A program made the translations under genes and the position numbers. A stretch of DNA of 60,001 nt, the filler included, from Sphacelaria rigidula (taxonomy: Eukaryota), in NCBI GenBank assembly GCA_964200075.2. It is 6 parts of 6 records of this genome, joined end to end, with 100 filler letters (N's around TTAATTAATTAA, not from the genome) between each part and the next. Parts side by side here need not be neighbours in the genome. Positions count along the whole stretch, not along the records: positions 30,056 to 39,971 come from CAXNAA020007490.1; positions 40,072 to 49,986 come from CAXNAA020007491.1; 4 more parts are not named here. The stretch is one strand, 5' to 3'. Shown here in pieces: positions 34,579-48,183 of this stretch (positions are counted from its first letter, which is position 1; each line of letters opens with the position of its first letter). The notes beneath the pieces were generated by a model. That model saw only the letters and a program-made list of their open reading frames with translations. It did no database searches and was not told the DNA's origin.

Positions 34579-37500
34579 CTAGGAAGTACGCATCAAACCA
34601 GCTCCCTTGTTCGCGTCCATATTTGAGTGCAAAGGTCTTGTTGATGTGCAGTAGATGCAGGTGACGCTGTTTGCCCGAGTATTTCGTCCCAATGTCGGCG
34701 ATGTTGTTCTTAGTCTCCACGTGATGAAGGGTAATCGTCCGCTTCTTAATGAGTTGGCGCATGAAGAAGTAGCGCAATCCCACATGCTTGGTCCGTCCAC
34801 TGTAGGTGCGAAGCGTCCGAGAGCATGATGATATACGAAGGCATCGATTTCCCGTATTGCGGGTTGTTTCCCCAGTTGGCGTCCGAACACGCCGTGAGTT
34901 GAAATCCTCCCTTATTGTACGTGATATCGAAACTAGCACTCTTGGCAAGGTAACGTAGAAGATGTTTCGCAGCATTCATGTGTGCTTTTGGTGGTCTTGA
35001 CATCGCTCTCGCAGGCTGGTTGACAACAAACTGGACATCACACCGGGTCACTTGTGCTAGATACATTCACGAGCCGGTGATCGCCTTGTATCGCTGTGCT
35101 GCCGCCAGATCCAGAAGCTGCTCTCCCGGTTGATTTAAAGACAGCTCTGCTCCCGTTCCTGGTGTGCTCAGCGGATTGCAGTTCCTCATGCCGTACTTCT
35201 CCAGGATCGATTTGGTGTAGCTCCTTGGGCTGAGAGCGAACGCTCCATTTTTACGGTTTTGGGTGACTCTCATTCCGAATACAAGTGACACGTCTCCCAT
35301 GTCCGTCATTTTAGAACGAACCATGAGCTTTTTCTTGAGCATCTGCATTCTGCCACGTCCCCTCCACAAGGAGCACATCGTCCACGTAGAGGGTGAGAAG
35401 CGCGACAACCTTCCTCTTTCCGAGAGCGGTGCTGATGGTGTCGCCTCGGGAGTTACCGGCCCTGATGTCGTCGTTGTCGTCGTTGTCAGTAAAGGCGTAG
35501 ATGCAAGGATCTGAAGCGAGAGAGGTGGTACCGATCTCCCTCAAAAAGCCATACAACGACTTTCGGAGCTTCATCACCAGAGGAACCTTGTCACGGGATC
35601 GTTCTCCTCATAGCCCGGGGCCATCTTGACGTAAACTTCCTCTTCAACGGGCGCGTTGAATAATGTCGTCTGCACGTCCAGCTGCCAGATTTCCCAGTCC
35701 ATCTCCGCAGCCGCTGCAAGCACCATACGGAGCGAAGGTGCCGCCGCAGTCGATGCCCGGTATTTCTTATCCTTGGACGACGATTCTTCCCTTGTATGTG
35801 TTGTCGGCTTTTACCTCATACACCCAACGGGATCTGATGGCTTCCAACCCTGCAGGAATCGCCGTGAAGGGTGCAAGCGTAAAGACATCATTGGAACGGA
35901 GGCTTTCTATTTCTGTCTGATGCTGCCTTTTACTGCTTCGCCTCTGGCAGTCGCATTGCCTCTTTACAGGTGTTCGGCACCATGGCCACTTTCTCCCCTT
36001 CCGAACAACTTCGAATTTGGGTGTTTGTGGCAGAGTACGCATACCCCAGAAGGAAACTCTATCTTCGTGAGCGATGTCTCGCATATTTGCCCTGGCGTAG
36101 AAGTTGGCCAAAGTCTCCAGGCGCTTCAGCTCGCGAGCTTGAGCGCTTCTCGTGCCTGCAGCGGAGATGACGTCTATCGGGACTTGTGGCTTAGCCCGCG
36201 AGCTGATACGCGAAGAACCCACTGTAGGTGACGGTGTTGTAGCTGGAGGTGAACCTTCAGTGACTCCCCCTCCTGGGGAGGCTCCAGTGGAGACCTTTCC
36301 TGATGAAGATCCGATGAGGTGGTTGACGCGGTCCGTCACGTCGCGTACATCTCCGAACAGTTTGATCATACGTTCGTGGTTGTTGGACGAGGAAACACAG
36401 ACTTGGTCATGGGGCCGTTGAAGAGGCTGATGCCATGATTGCGAACGTCCCTCGCAAAATCATCGTCGGTTCCGTACTTGTTGCAAGAAGTATGATCCCA
36501 TGGAAGGACATGTGGCGGGGTCTCAATGACGACCACGTTCCGACTCTCCACCACACGCTCGGTGGCAGGGTTGTATATCCGGTAGGACTTGCTGTTAGAG
36601 CTATAGCTGCACAATGATCCCTCCCAAGCCTTGTCCGCCATCTTCTTCGTATGTATCTCGGCTTGTATAAAGGCTCGTGCGCCAATGACACGAAGATGAG
36701 AGAGGTTTGCGTCATTGCCGTATAACTTCTTGTATGGTGTCACCATGTCGAGCGCCGAATGAGGTACACGGTTGAGGAGATATGCTGCAGTGAACATCAA
36801 TTCGCCCCATAAGAAGGGTGGCAGTCCACTGACCTTAAGCAGACAACGTGTCATAGCTGCGAGGATGCCACCGTCGCGCTCGGAAACCCCAACCTGCTGT
36901 GGAGTATTCGTAGAGGCGTATTCATGACGAATACCAGTACTGAGGCAGTAGACCTCGAATTGTTGTCCCTTGTACTCGCCGCCTTCATCTGTAGGAAGAC
37001 GCTGAACTCGTAGCCCCATCGGTATCACCACCGACTTGACAAACGTCTGGATCGTGCTGAGGGCGTCGCTCTTAGTTTTGGCCAGATAAACCACTCGATA
37101 CTTGGTATGCTGATCGGGGATTTTGCACACTGTAGCTGCCTATTGCAGCAGGTATGATGGGTCCCATGACGTCGCCGAAGACGAGCCGGAAGGGGGTGTT
37201 CACTATATAGCCCGCAGTTTCTGGGTGTGGTTGCTGTTTGCTTTTGCTCAGAGCGCACACGTCATATGGTAATAGCCTTCCATCGAAGCTGATATCAGAG
37301 CCTTCCACCTTCCGAAGTACATTCAGGCTCTTGATGCCGACGTGACCGAGTCGACAATGCCACAGGTTTGCACGGGTGCTGACGTGTATGGCCACTCCAG
37401 GTTGCTGCTCCGCATGGCCGCTCAGCTTCATGCGGAACGTGTAAAGGTCTTCGTCATGGATCGATTGTTCCAGGGGAAGCACGAACGATGAAGGCTCCAG

Positions 37501-37980
37501 TCGGGGATGGTTGATCGAAGATGGCGATGATGCCTTGCTTGGTCGCCACTTTCACGGAGAACAGATGACGCCCAAAACCGGGGACGACGAAGCAAGAGAG
37601 AGTGACATGGCGCGCACTCTCTTTTCTGTCGGTGACTGTACCATTAATTGTGGCAGTTGCAACTGCTTCGACTTCATTGTGTCCCCCTGTTACAATTTTG
37701 ACCGGTCGTTCGATGGCCGTGTACTCACTCGCCCGAGCTAAAACACCCGACTCGAGATTGGTGTCGAATTAGTGACCGGTCGCGCCACTGTCCACCAGCC
37801 AGGTTACGGAGTTGGTGTCGTTGGCTATCCGAGGCGTTGGTGCCGCCGCCATGAAAGCTTCTCCAGTACCCTCCCCGAAGGCACCGAAGAGATCGAGTGC
37901 GTTTTCTGAGAGTCCAACATGCTGTGGTGGGGTAGATGAGCCGAAGGAAAACACTGGAGGAGCCAGCTCCGTCATCACAG
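34579..37980 (-). pseudogene. pol: Copia pol (PR, pre-integrase, integrase, SH3, RT, RNase H), disrupted
   Basis: WLVDSGATGH; LWHCRLGH; FGDVMGP; TDEGGEY; PQQVGVSER; SRWVYEVKADNTYKGRIVVQG; WQLDVQT; LYVDD (YVDD at 35377-35388); CSDANW; TKHVGLRYFF; NIADIGTK. Confidence 0.95.
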
Positions 37981-38245
37981 GTTGCTGGGATCCTCCGACT
38001 GTTCCGGACGAATTGCTGTTTGCAGTCGTCGCTGCGGCAGGCGGCCGGATGAACGACCTGGGAATGCTTACATTGGCGATGTTGGCGCTTTCATTCGTTG
38101 CTGCTTTCTTTTGTTGTGCCTTGCACTCAGCGTCGCTGTGTGTTGTTGTTTTATGATACGAGCACCATTTTGATGCTTCGTTACTTCCCTTCTTCTTGTC
38201 TGCTTTTTTACGTCTATGTGTCGGATCACTCGGCCGTGTCCGACT

Positions 38246-39655
38246 TTACTTGTTGTTCGGGCATTGACGTTGATAGTGCCCAGACACCTCGCGGGGGTGA
38301 CACTGAATACCAGATGTCGTAGTATGCATGGCCGCTCCAGGTCCGGCCACGGTTGATGCGGTTGACGAACCATAATTCCGATCATTGTACGCGTTGCACA
38401 TTGCGATGCGAATGTTGTCGAGCCCGAAGTCGCGCTCGGTGTGGAATTTCGTGCGCACGAGGTCATACTCGGGGGTTATGGACTTGAGGATAATGTCCTA
38501 GTAGCGATTGTCGTGCATTTTATCCTCGAGACCCTTTGGCCGCCGACGAATTTCGTCCTTCGCCCGGTTTCGTCGTGCGGCTAACGAGCTGAGCGTGAAT
38601 TACCCACTAGCCGTTTTGGTGCTGCCGTCGAACTTCTCGACCAGGGCCTTCCACGCCCCTTGTTCATCATCGACCCGCGGGTCATCGAGATCTTAATCCT
38701 CCGTGTACAAGAACCGCCGGACGGTCGAAGCTGCAGGCCCGATCGTGGAAAGGAATGTTGCAAAAATCTAGACGATGCAGTCCATATGCATCATGTATGA
38801 ATGAACGTGTTGCAACAAAAGACAGCGGTACAATCTGTTGCGTTTCAACGAAACAACGAACCACGTAAGACCGTTTCATAAGTACCCTTTACACGGAGAG
38901 TACCTCTTTTGTGTTGATTTGTAGTCTACCTGTGTGAATGACGTTTCAGGTAGGTTACTGCTACAGTAGGCGTGTTGCTATGATTTGTCAGTGAAAGATA
39001 CTCTAGCAGAGTATTTAGGCCATGTAAGCTACAGGATATATTGTGTGCAACTTTGCAGTTAATCTAAGCTAGCAAAGCTACCGCGTCAGCAACAGTGAGG
39101 TTGAATTGAATGATACGATTAGACCTTACGTACGTGTAGAGTGCTGGATTCTTCTTCCAGGATTGAGCATGGTTGTATTCGGTGGTCTATCGCCCTTGTA
39201 ATCACTCTCCCAAGCTTACCAAGCTTACCCAGCTCTTCTTCATTCCCTCCGTACTCTGCTTGCAGAAGAGGCTACCTTGATTGTTTTCGGTCGAAGTGAA
39301 GAGCCCCAAACACCATTTTTGTCTTTGGACTTTCTGTCTGCTGCAGAAGCAAGTAGTTTGACTACTACTGTGCAACCTCTGCTAAACTACTGTCTCCGCG
39401 ACAGTAGTCGGTCTGTTTCGAGAACAGTTCCAAACGCCACGAGCTACAAATATTTCCAACAGGGAACAAGAGCGAAAACAGGTCGCTGTTATTTCGGTCC
39501 CTTTCGCGCCTAGCTGGTTCGCCAGTAGGCAGTCGTTGGCCGTTGAGAACGGCGAACATCGGCTTGTCAACGATAGAGATAGCTACTCGCTGCTGATTTT
39601 TCCATGCGATGAAGGTGCTCTTATCGTTCGTCAATGTAGGTACCCGTTTGAACAT
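38246..39655 (-). pseudogene. gag: Copia gag, split by a solo LTR
   Basis: MFKRVPTL...AWK...NNSDLFSLLF|LSTIGPAASTVRRF...GAWKALVEKFDG...degenerate knuckle QCHPREVSGHYQRQCP. Confidence 0.8.
38756..39461. mobile_element. 706-bp solo LTR inserted in Copia gag
   Basis: Ends TGTTGCAAAAAT...ATATTTCCAACA; 5-bp TSD AGGAA/GGGAA; removal rejoins the gag codons L-L-F-L-S-T. Confidence 0.85.
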
Positions 39656-40156
39656 GGCCGCAATGCGATCGGAACTAATCGCAGTGTAACGCAACCACGC
39701 CGAGAGAAAATGAACCACGCAACGCTGTACGCTTCGAGGCTTATCAATGCTCGACGCGCAAGTGCGAATTCCCTGACGGCGCCGCCTTCCTGCGCGCTCA
39801 GGTTTTCGCTGTACCTCGTACAGACTGCAGCTGGTGCAGGTATCGCCCGCAGGAATGATCAACTACGCAACGCTGTACGCTTCAAGGCTTACTGATGAGT
39901 CATCCTACGATAGGGGGGGGGGGATTCGGGAGCACGGAGAGCGGGGCCAATGGGTGGGTCACCCAGCCTACNNNNNNNNNNNNNNNNNNNNNNNNNNNNN
40001 NNNNNNNNNNNNNNNTTAATTAATTAANNNNNNNNNNNNNNNNNNNNNNNNNNNNNNNNNNNNNNNNNNNNAGGTTCCTTCCTGTCTTCTGGGGAAAAAA
40101 AAAAAAAAAAAGTTGGCGAGCGTAGGAAGCCACACTATACGGCCGGCGACAACGAT

Positions 40157-40394
40157 ATGGCGGAGCACGTAGAAATCCCGCCGCCACATGTGGAAGCGCT
40201 GAAGACCGACCCATATGCAATTCACGTTCAGCTGGGAGAGGTGACTGAGAAGCACGGCCAGGACGCTGCCAGGCGTTTCGCTGAAAAAGCTGCAAGAGCG
40301 GTTGGGGCAGCCCATTGCCCCCCGGCGCACACCACCCCCACCGCTCGCTTACCAAACATCAACACGGTAACCGTGGCAAGTGAAAATGCTGCGA
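40157..40394 (+). CDS. Possible exon of a hypothetical protein
   Basis: Protein-like open frame MAEHVEIPPPHVEALKTDPYAIHVQLGEVTEKHGQDAARRFAEKAARAVG..., ending at donor GAG|GTACG. Confidence 0.35.
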
Positions 40395-43300
40395 GGTACG
40401 CAGGATTATGTAGGAGACACCAGGTGGACGTGATTGCAAGCGTCCAGACAGGTGATATACTAGCAAACGGTCGACAACCGACCGGGACAGCCTTTCGTAA
40501 CCAGCCTAACTCAACTACAACTACAGCCAGTAACAACTCTTCACTACAGCCCAGTATCTGAATAACGATGTAACGATCTTCCATGCCAGAAGACAGGAGG
40601 TATGAAATATCATTGCATGAAACCCCAACGCCACCCACGAGGACAGACGGTCCAAACGCGATAGCGCCAGCCGGAGTAATTCACCTCACGCAGCACAAAG
40701 TACGGCTGTGCAACGTTCAGATATGACCAACCCCTAGTATAGAGGTGGTGTCGTGGAAACGTACAGCACAAAGCGCAGGATGATATATGCCGTAAGATCA
40801 CAGCCTACAAAGTGACAGCCTGTATCGGATACGCCAAAGTAACGGCCCCCGCTTACGCTGCACCAGGAGTTTGTATAACGGTGGGGTACTGACATCCTCG
40901 TCGCCGTTATGGAATAATCAAACCGCAGTTTGATGCCGTATAAACGCGTACGGCAGAGTACAGTAGCGTGTACGGCATGAGTTTACCCTTGACATGAGCT
41001 GAAAATATCATGATGCACACACGCAGTACAGAGGAGTAGGTGAACACATCCCCACAGGGCCTGACGGCGACCATCTGCGAATACAGACAGTAGACGGGGG
41101 CATAAGTGAGGTAAATGTGCCGTCGGTTTCGCCTTTGTTAATTCAACTTAGGCGCAAGCTTGCTACGATGCGTGCAAAGCATCTACTGCAGGTGCGGCGT
41201 GAAGGTTGCTTCACGGAGAGTCAGCCGTGCACTCTTCTGGGGTTACAAAACACCGACGGGTCGGACAATTTGTCATACCCGTAAAATAGAGAACCTTCGA
41301 AGCTTCTTTTCTTCCACGTTCCATTCGCACAGGTCTCAAAAACACGCTTTGGGCGAATCGTTTGCTCAAAGGCTGTAGGAAAGAACCATTTCTTGCCCGA
41401 AAAAACGTCAAATGTAAATCGTCAATTTTCCATCAACGGTGCCATAAAGGTCAACACTGCCTAATGGCAACTAAATACCGTACAAAATTAAATATCATTT
41501 TACCTTCTAGTTCCTGCGAAAAAAACACGAGAAGTTTTCACGATCCCGCACGTTATGATCGCAGGGGACACTTTTTTTGGAGGGGTAAGGTTGTCTTTTG
41601 TGTTTGCCCCTTGGGGGGCCGTACGGGAGTAGGCCGCTCCTTTTTTGCTCTTCTTCACCGGTGATCGGCGGGTGTACTCATCATCATGCATGCCCTAGTC
41701 ATAAGGCCATTGACCTCGCATCCCTACAAAGCCGGGACGAAGCACGCCGGGTTTTCGCCGAACCAGGTTGGTTGGCGGGAGGGGGCAAACGATGCAAAGA
41801 CGACGCATGCAAGCATTATTCATCGAAGAGAGCCGTTGCCACGTACATGCTACAAAATAGATACTTGTGCGTAAACCGCGGCATATTCCCGTTTCAGGGA
41901 GGCAATTTTCCAACGGTGAGGTGCAGGCAGTCGTGATCGTGCCAGCAGCGGTATCACGTGCTATAGGCGGCGGATGCGGGCGCGGGTGTAGTTGAGTAGT
42001 GCTTTGGTTGTGTCTTAGGTTTACGAAAAACAAATACCCCCCAACTTCACACTGTCTCGGGACGAGCACAACGACTTGACCAACACACGAGCAAGGCACA
42101 TGGGATCGTAGCGGTGAGGTTTTCTTCAAAAACCCTGCTGCCAAGCTGGACCTTGTGGCGTTGGGAGTTGGTGAAGGAAGGGCGACCTCGGTCCGCTCTT
42201 ACGTTTTGAACATGTAGGCGAGGAAATGCGTCACAGTCCCCCACTGCAATACTACTGATTGAAATAGAAATTGGTGCAATTCCGCTTTGCTCCTCTCGTC
42301 TACTGGAATATTTATATGGATTCGGGCAGCAGGCAAACATGTATAATAAGGCGTAGATGCGAATAAGCATGCACTAAAGATGAAGGTCTCTGCCTTTTCG
42401 CCTCTCGCAGAATTTCTCTCCTGCAGTGAATGTGCTGCTTGGCTGATGATACTGAACGATTCTGTATTATACTGCAGGTTCTATCTAAAAAGCTAGGGCA
42501 GTTGTCTCTTCCTCTCGCCCAGCGACTGCAACGACCATGTGCATAAGATTATGCATAATCCGATTCATTCTTTGCTGCAATCCAGTCGCCAACAGTTGCA
42601 TGTGATGACAAGTCGTCCCGATCCACAAACGTCACATCCCGCTACGCTCTGATCCACCACTTCAACACTCAGCCGGGCTACTAGGAGCCATCTACGCCTA
42701 CAATATGGCCATCCTCTAAAAAACTGGCGTGACTGTCAAATGCATGATTTTCGAAACCGAAGGCCGTGGGAGCTCAAAGAGTTAGTTGACCGCTTGAGCA
42801 CCTCCGGCCTCCTGGGACCCACGCAGTCCCGGCCGAAGAACGGCGACGTAGCAGGCATAAGGTCGTAGCAGGCCGCTCGGAGCGATCAGACAATTTCATG
42901 TGTCATTCGTTCACCCAATAGGGTCGCAGCAGCCTAACATGGCTAGGCAACCGACTTGGGTTTTGATTGCACTCTAGCACACTCAAGCTTGTCCTCGCGG
43001 AACGCTCGTGGCGAACAGAGTGGCTGCGCCCTGTTCCGCCTTCGTCTCCCGCCAGCGTCGCCGTTGACGCTCTTGACAGCGGAGATGCATACGTGAGCAC
43101 CACCCGTAGTGGGCACTTGCTATGTGCGTTGCAATAGCCTACTCGTAGCTGACCCGGATCCCCCTTGTCTACGTGAAGGCGCCGTCTTTTGAGCCAAAAT
43201 AACGATTTTGAACCCTCGGCTGGGGTAGAACAACGGCCTACTCGCGCATGGGCGCTACAGGGGTCACAAGAACATTACTGCAGGACAGGAAAAGTGTACC

Positions 43301-44038
43301 GATGGTGAAAAACCTGATCACTTCCTAGCCAATGCCACCCTTTGGTCAAGGGGAGCGTTTCTAGGAAGAGCAGCCGTCGTCACAACGGAAAGCTTGTCAC
43401 ATTTCGACTGTGTATCGAATGATGGATTGGAGAACGAAAGTTGTGCTTATTTACATTGGAACGGATGACATACCGGAGTTGGTGCTTCTTTTGTTGTGCG
43501 GACGAAGTAACCGCAAAGCGATCTTGGTTCCACGCTGTTACTACGCGTCCTAACAACATGTTCAGAGTGTTGTGTGTGTACGCAACAGATCGGAGCCTAG
43601 TCCCTGCCTAGCTACACGCACAAGGTCTGTTTCGACGGGAATATATAAAGATTTCGGTACTCACGACAAGTACAGCTGTTTTCCGGCGACGAGGACCGTT
43701 TTGAGCCTTTCAGCATGCTGTAATTAGTAATGTAGTGTACTGTTGTTGCGCGCCCAACCCTTTCTGCGTCGGGCCTCGTTTCGGTACAATATTTTGACTG
43801 ACAGTCCCACGGGACATCTGTAACCATGTACTGTTGTCCTAAAAAAATTGAATAACGTGCAGTACAGGTAGTACATCATGCCTATACTGTCTGCATACAG
43901 GAATACGTGGAAAATATCTAAACACCGTTTAAGACAGACAGCACATGACTGTCTGTACTAAATACACACAGAAGGATGCAAACCAGATTTGATTTGAATA
44001 AGGTGCAAGGCCCGAACTCTAGCGGGATTATCACATAC

Positions 44039-45547
44039 CTCTCCCATATATTTATGACCAAAACCCAGGCCACATTTGAGCTCACTACAATACTGTCCGT
44101 ACTGCCTGCATTCAGAAGGATTTGGAACAGATTTGAACGTGGTGCAGTACAGGAAAGTAGTAGTAGTGGGACGTCGATGACAGTTCGCGTAAAGAAGCAC
44201 AGCGGTCTAGGGACAAGAGGTACCGGCACCGCGGTGCATGTGGCGGTGCAAGGGGGATGATGAGTGATGGTGACCCCAGAACCGCTGGCCAGAGGCAACT
44301 GCTCGCCTGTGTTGAATAAGGTTCTGCGAGGAAGCAGTGACGGTAAAACACGGAGGGTCGCCTTTGAAGAATACAGGACAAGATACCGCGCGGTGTTCTC
44401 CATCGTTGCTCTCATCCAGTCGAAGTCGCCCTGGGAAGTGTCATCAAGCACTCGCACACACAAACCCGTGGCTGCAAAGATGGTCAAATGTGATGTTAGA
44501 CCAAAATAATGAAATTTTCTCGATACCTCCGTGACGGCTGAAGCTGAAACATAGACCAATTCAAGTAGCAGACAAATAGTCCACCTGAGTCTATCTTGGT
44601 TCCCGTGTACTTTCATCTTACGCACTTACGCCCGATAACACCCCTTTCTGCAGAAATTCTGAGTCCCCCACCCCTCGCTCGCGTAACATGGCGTTTCGAA
44701 TATGACCAAAGTCGCCGTTTTTCGCACGTTCTTGTGCGGGTCCATTTAGTGCCCACCCGAGGGTTCCGGCGCTTGAAGGGTTGAGGTTGCCATGCAATCT
44801 CTCACGGCTCCTTGGACAACTCGCAAAAAGGGGTTCGTTGTCGAAACCCCAGCAGTGCACATGATTCACGGCTATAATTGCTTCTTCGTGTCTATGACTA
44901 TTCGTGCAAGGTGATATATGTTGTGTGTTTCGCGTCTCCTTGGTTGACGGGGGCACCAGTAACCACCAGTAACTGGGCGATGATACTAGGCGGTGGTATT
45001 GACATGTGTGGGGGATGCACTTTTGATATTTTCGACGATCAAAAGTTCGTGCGCTTTTGGATATTGCTACGAGTTTTGCGCCGCGAAGGAGGTGCATGTG
45101 CTTCTACTTGCGTATCATAGTTCCCCAAACTGGATTTAAATGATGTAAAAAAAACATGCTTGGAGGTGACGGTAAAAATATATATTTTCTCGAGCTTGAG
45201 CAAGTGATCATAATACACCATTTTTCATCTCTCGCCTTTCCCTTGTGGCGCATCAACGACTAGAAAAAGACGCCAGATGTGATGTACTAACGCACCCAAC
45301 ATTTAGTCGCGTCAGATGCTAACCCCATGTGCCATCGAGACAGGTAAATTCTGTTTTCAAAATCAATGTACCAGATCTGCGCACAGGGTCGAAAATGCGG
45401 CGGTTCCAGCACCGGCCATTGGTCCAAATTCTTTGTACCTGTATAGGGGTGAGGCGAAAAAGCAGTACCACATCTAGCACGGGCATAAAGTCACCACCCA
45501 TGCGCGCTAGCTCCACCGCTAGCCTTCTATCATCTGTCCACAGCAGT
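44039..45547 (-). CDS. Three probable exons of a hypothetical protein (45439-45547, 44387-44430, 44039-44105)
   Basis: Phase-consistent AG/GT chain: LLWTDDRRLAVELARMGGDFMPVLDVVLLFRLTPIQ|GDFDWMRATMENTAR|QYGQYCSELKCGLGFGHKYMGE. Confidence 0.45.
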
Positions 45548-47903
45548 CTTTGACGGAAATCGGTCCAGTATTGGAGGAAGAGTGTCCGCGTGAGTGTCAA
45601 TTTCGACTGGAAGTGTGCCGTTACTGACCGTCATGTGCGCGTGTTTTCGGCGCGCGTCTGACACAAACTATTGTTTTTCGTTAAATTCTGAACTGCTTTG
45701 ACCGAAGCGATGCACATCGTGCTCAGCTCATCAGCAGCTACGGCTTGAGCTTGAAGTGTTTGCTCGCGGGGGTCATGAAGGCCTTAGCTTCATGTGTGGG
45801 TTGGGTTGTGGGTCACAGCCTTGCATGTGTCTCTGCGGGTACCACGTCCATCTTCCCCGTCGAGCGTACAGATTGCCGGTTCGCGCAAACAGATTTCCCC
45901 CCCAATTATGTTGAGGGTTGGTATGGCACCGACCAATCACAGGGTATGAAATGTAAGATGTTGAGCAAACAGATATTTCTTCCTCGATAGCACACGGCTT
46001 AATGGGTGGTTTAAAACTAATGTTCTTGTGTCAATGCTGCGTATCGCATATTCATATTGTGACTTGGACACACGCACACTCAACAACTCGACACTCAGCA
46101 TCAGCTATCCGGCATCTCTTCATTAACCGTCTTCGTCCCCTTGGTCCAAAACCGCATGAAAGCTTGATCCGTCTAGGCTTAGATCTGCAGATCCGAGCTA
46201 CCACCGTCATATTATTGGTACGCATAAACGATTCGAAGGCCATCATTTGCGTTGTTTTTCAATTTTGCTGGAGGAAACGACAGATATCATCGCGGGGAAT
46301 TCGGTCACGTGGATCGAAAGAAAGAAATGAATGAACGGAATCACGACAATGATGGACTCCAATTTGTCAGCTCATCTCTCATCTAAATTTGGTGCCAACT
46401 CTCGAATCTCGCTCACAGAATCGCCGGAGACACTTTTTGGAGTGAAGTGGCGGGACCAGTACGTATAACCTGCGGCCCTCAAAGGTCAACAGGGGCACGA
46501 TTACCCAAATTATTTTCGGCGCTAGTTTTGCACTTTGGGGTACAATGCAGTAGGAAGATCGAGGGAACCGGTAGATTGTAATTTCGGGTCCCCCCCCTGC
46601 CCCCCCTTCCAGTAGCGAGAAAACAATGGGTGTACTAGAAGGTAGATGGTGGCCACAGGGGGGCGAAACAGGTCGGGGAAAATATATCTAAACAGTTTTC
46701 TGTCTAGTATATGAAAAAGCGTAATGAGCGCCCAAATGCTAAAGGTGTCTCTATTCGGAGTAGGAACGGTGCTCCGTCTCGAAAGGGATGCCTCGTCAAT
46801 GGTTCACGACTATTAACAGAGCGAGCAACAAATGAGCAGGCGCCTTCCCCCACCCCTCCCCTCGAGTGAAGTTATATTCTCCCGTGGGCACTCAAAAGTT
46901 ATTATTTTGTGGAACTGCGCTGGTCGGTGTCTCACTTTTTGTATGTGCTTCTGCGCTTCTTGCGTTTTTTTGCACCGATAATACCGTGCACGCTCTGCCT
47001 TCGTCGCGAGACACTAGCCACCCCGAGCGTTGTATATAAAAGGGCAGCAAGAAATCAAGATCGTTGCCAATAAATTATTCGCGCAAAGCGATATCTATTT
47101 GTTAATGATCTACTATTCATATAGAGATATTAGAGCTCTCGCTCGGAGATTCCAACGCATCGACATCAACATCTCTTACAAACCAAATTTCTATCCAAAT
47201 AGCTGGTATTCCTGGAGTGTGTGCGTGAAAGATGTATTTTTGTTGATTTTTCATTTCTTGTCTATATCTTTAGTGTGTATAGCCATTAGAAAGCTCTCGA
47301 TCCCGGACCTCACGGACTGACACCAACGTCTTCAACTAAATGCCCTTTCCAAATAACAGGAGCATACACCTTTCACGTGCCCAGAAATATCGCCTCTCTC
47401 TGCCTTCGAGGCAGGACACCAAAAGCCAACCACTGCCAACCACTACCCAAATATTACATCGAAAACTCGAAACACACTCCGCTCTGAAGTTTCCCTCCAT
47501 GTCGCGTGTTTTGGTAATCCCCGCACCAATGTCTATGCTCTGCTGAGGATCCTGCAACCGAGCACTTGGAGTCCTGATCTTACCTTTTCCACATGTTCTG
47601 CCGACTGTATCGATGCACGCCCACCTCCCACGAAAGCATGGATTTAGTGCGTAGGGGTACCACACATGAAGCCGTGGTTACCACCATCCCCTTCCCTCCC
47701 CAGAACCACCAATTTCGAAATTTCAACTCACGGGGCCTTGAGCGTCTTGCAAATTGAAATGCGCATACCCTCGGCGACAAACGGGCTATGTACGATGGCT
47801 GCGCAGCAGTGTTCTGGAATAGCCGCACGCTACCTCACGCACTGTGTCACACGATTACAAACGCCCTCATCGTCCAGAGCTAAACTGCCGTTTTCACTTG
47901 CAG

Positions 47904-48183
47904 GGTACGAGACGAAAAAAAGCGCAAGCGGGAAGCTGAGGAGAGGAGACTCGAGGAAGAGGACGAGAAGCGTCAACGATGCTTTGCCAGCGGGACAAGC
48001 TCTGCCCGCAACAGCAAGGACCAAGAGCAAGCTGACAACAATGAATCAGATGCCCTCGCTGCAAGTAAGGTCGGGGAGGGGGAAGAAGCCGAGGGTGCGG
48101 CAACGGCGGCCGCGACGACGATGGCGACCGGGGAAATGGGGAACGCCGATACTTCTGGTACTGAGGAGGTCCCGGAACGAGAG
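47904..48183 (+). CDS. Probable internal exon encoding a charged, low-complexity segment with NLS-like KKRKR
   Basis: Acceptor TTTTCACTTGCAG|G, donor GAG|GTACA; open frame VRDEKKRKREAEERRLEEEDEKRQR...EEVPERE, not listed in the ORF track. Confidence 0.6.

Larger units (their letters stand above)
33500..39900 (-). mobile_element. Ty1/Copia LTR retrotransposon, decayed; LTR pair not resolved
   Basis: Order gag-PR-IN-RT-RNaseH on the minus strand, with many stops and frameshifts. Confidence 0.92.
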
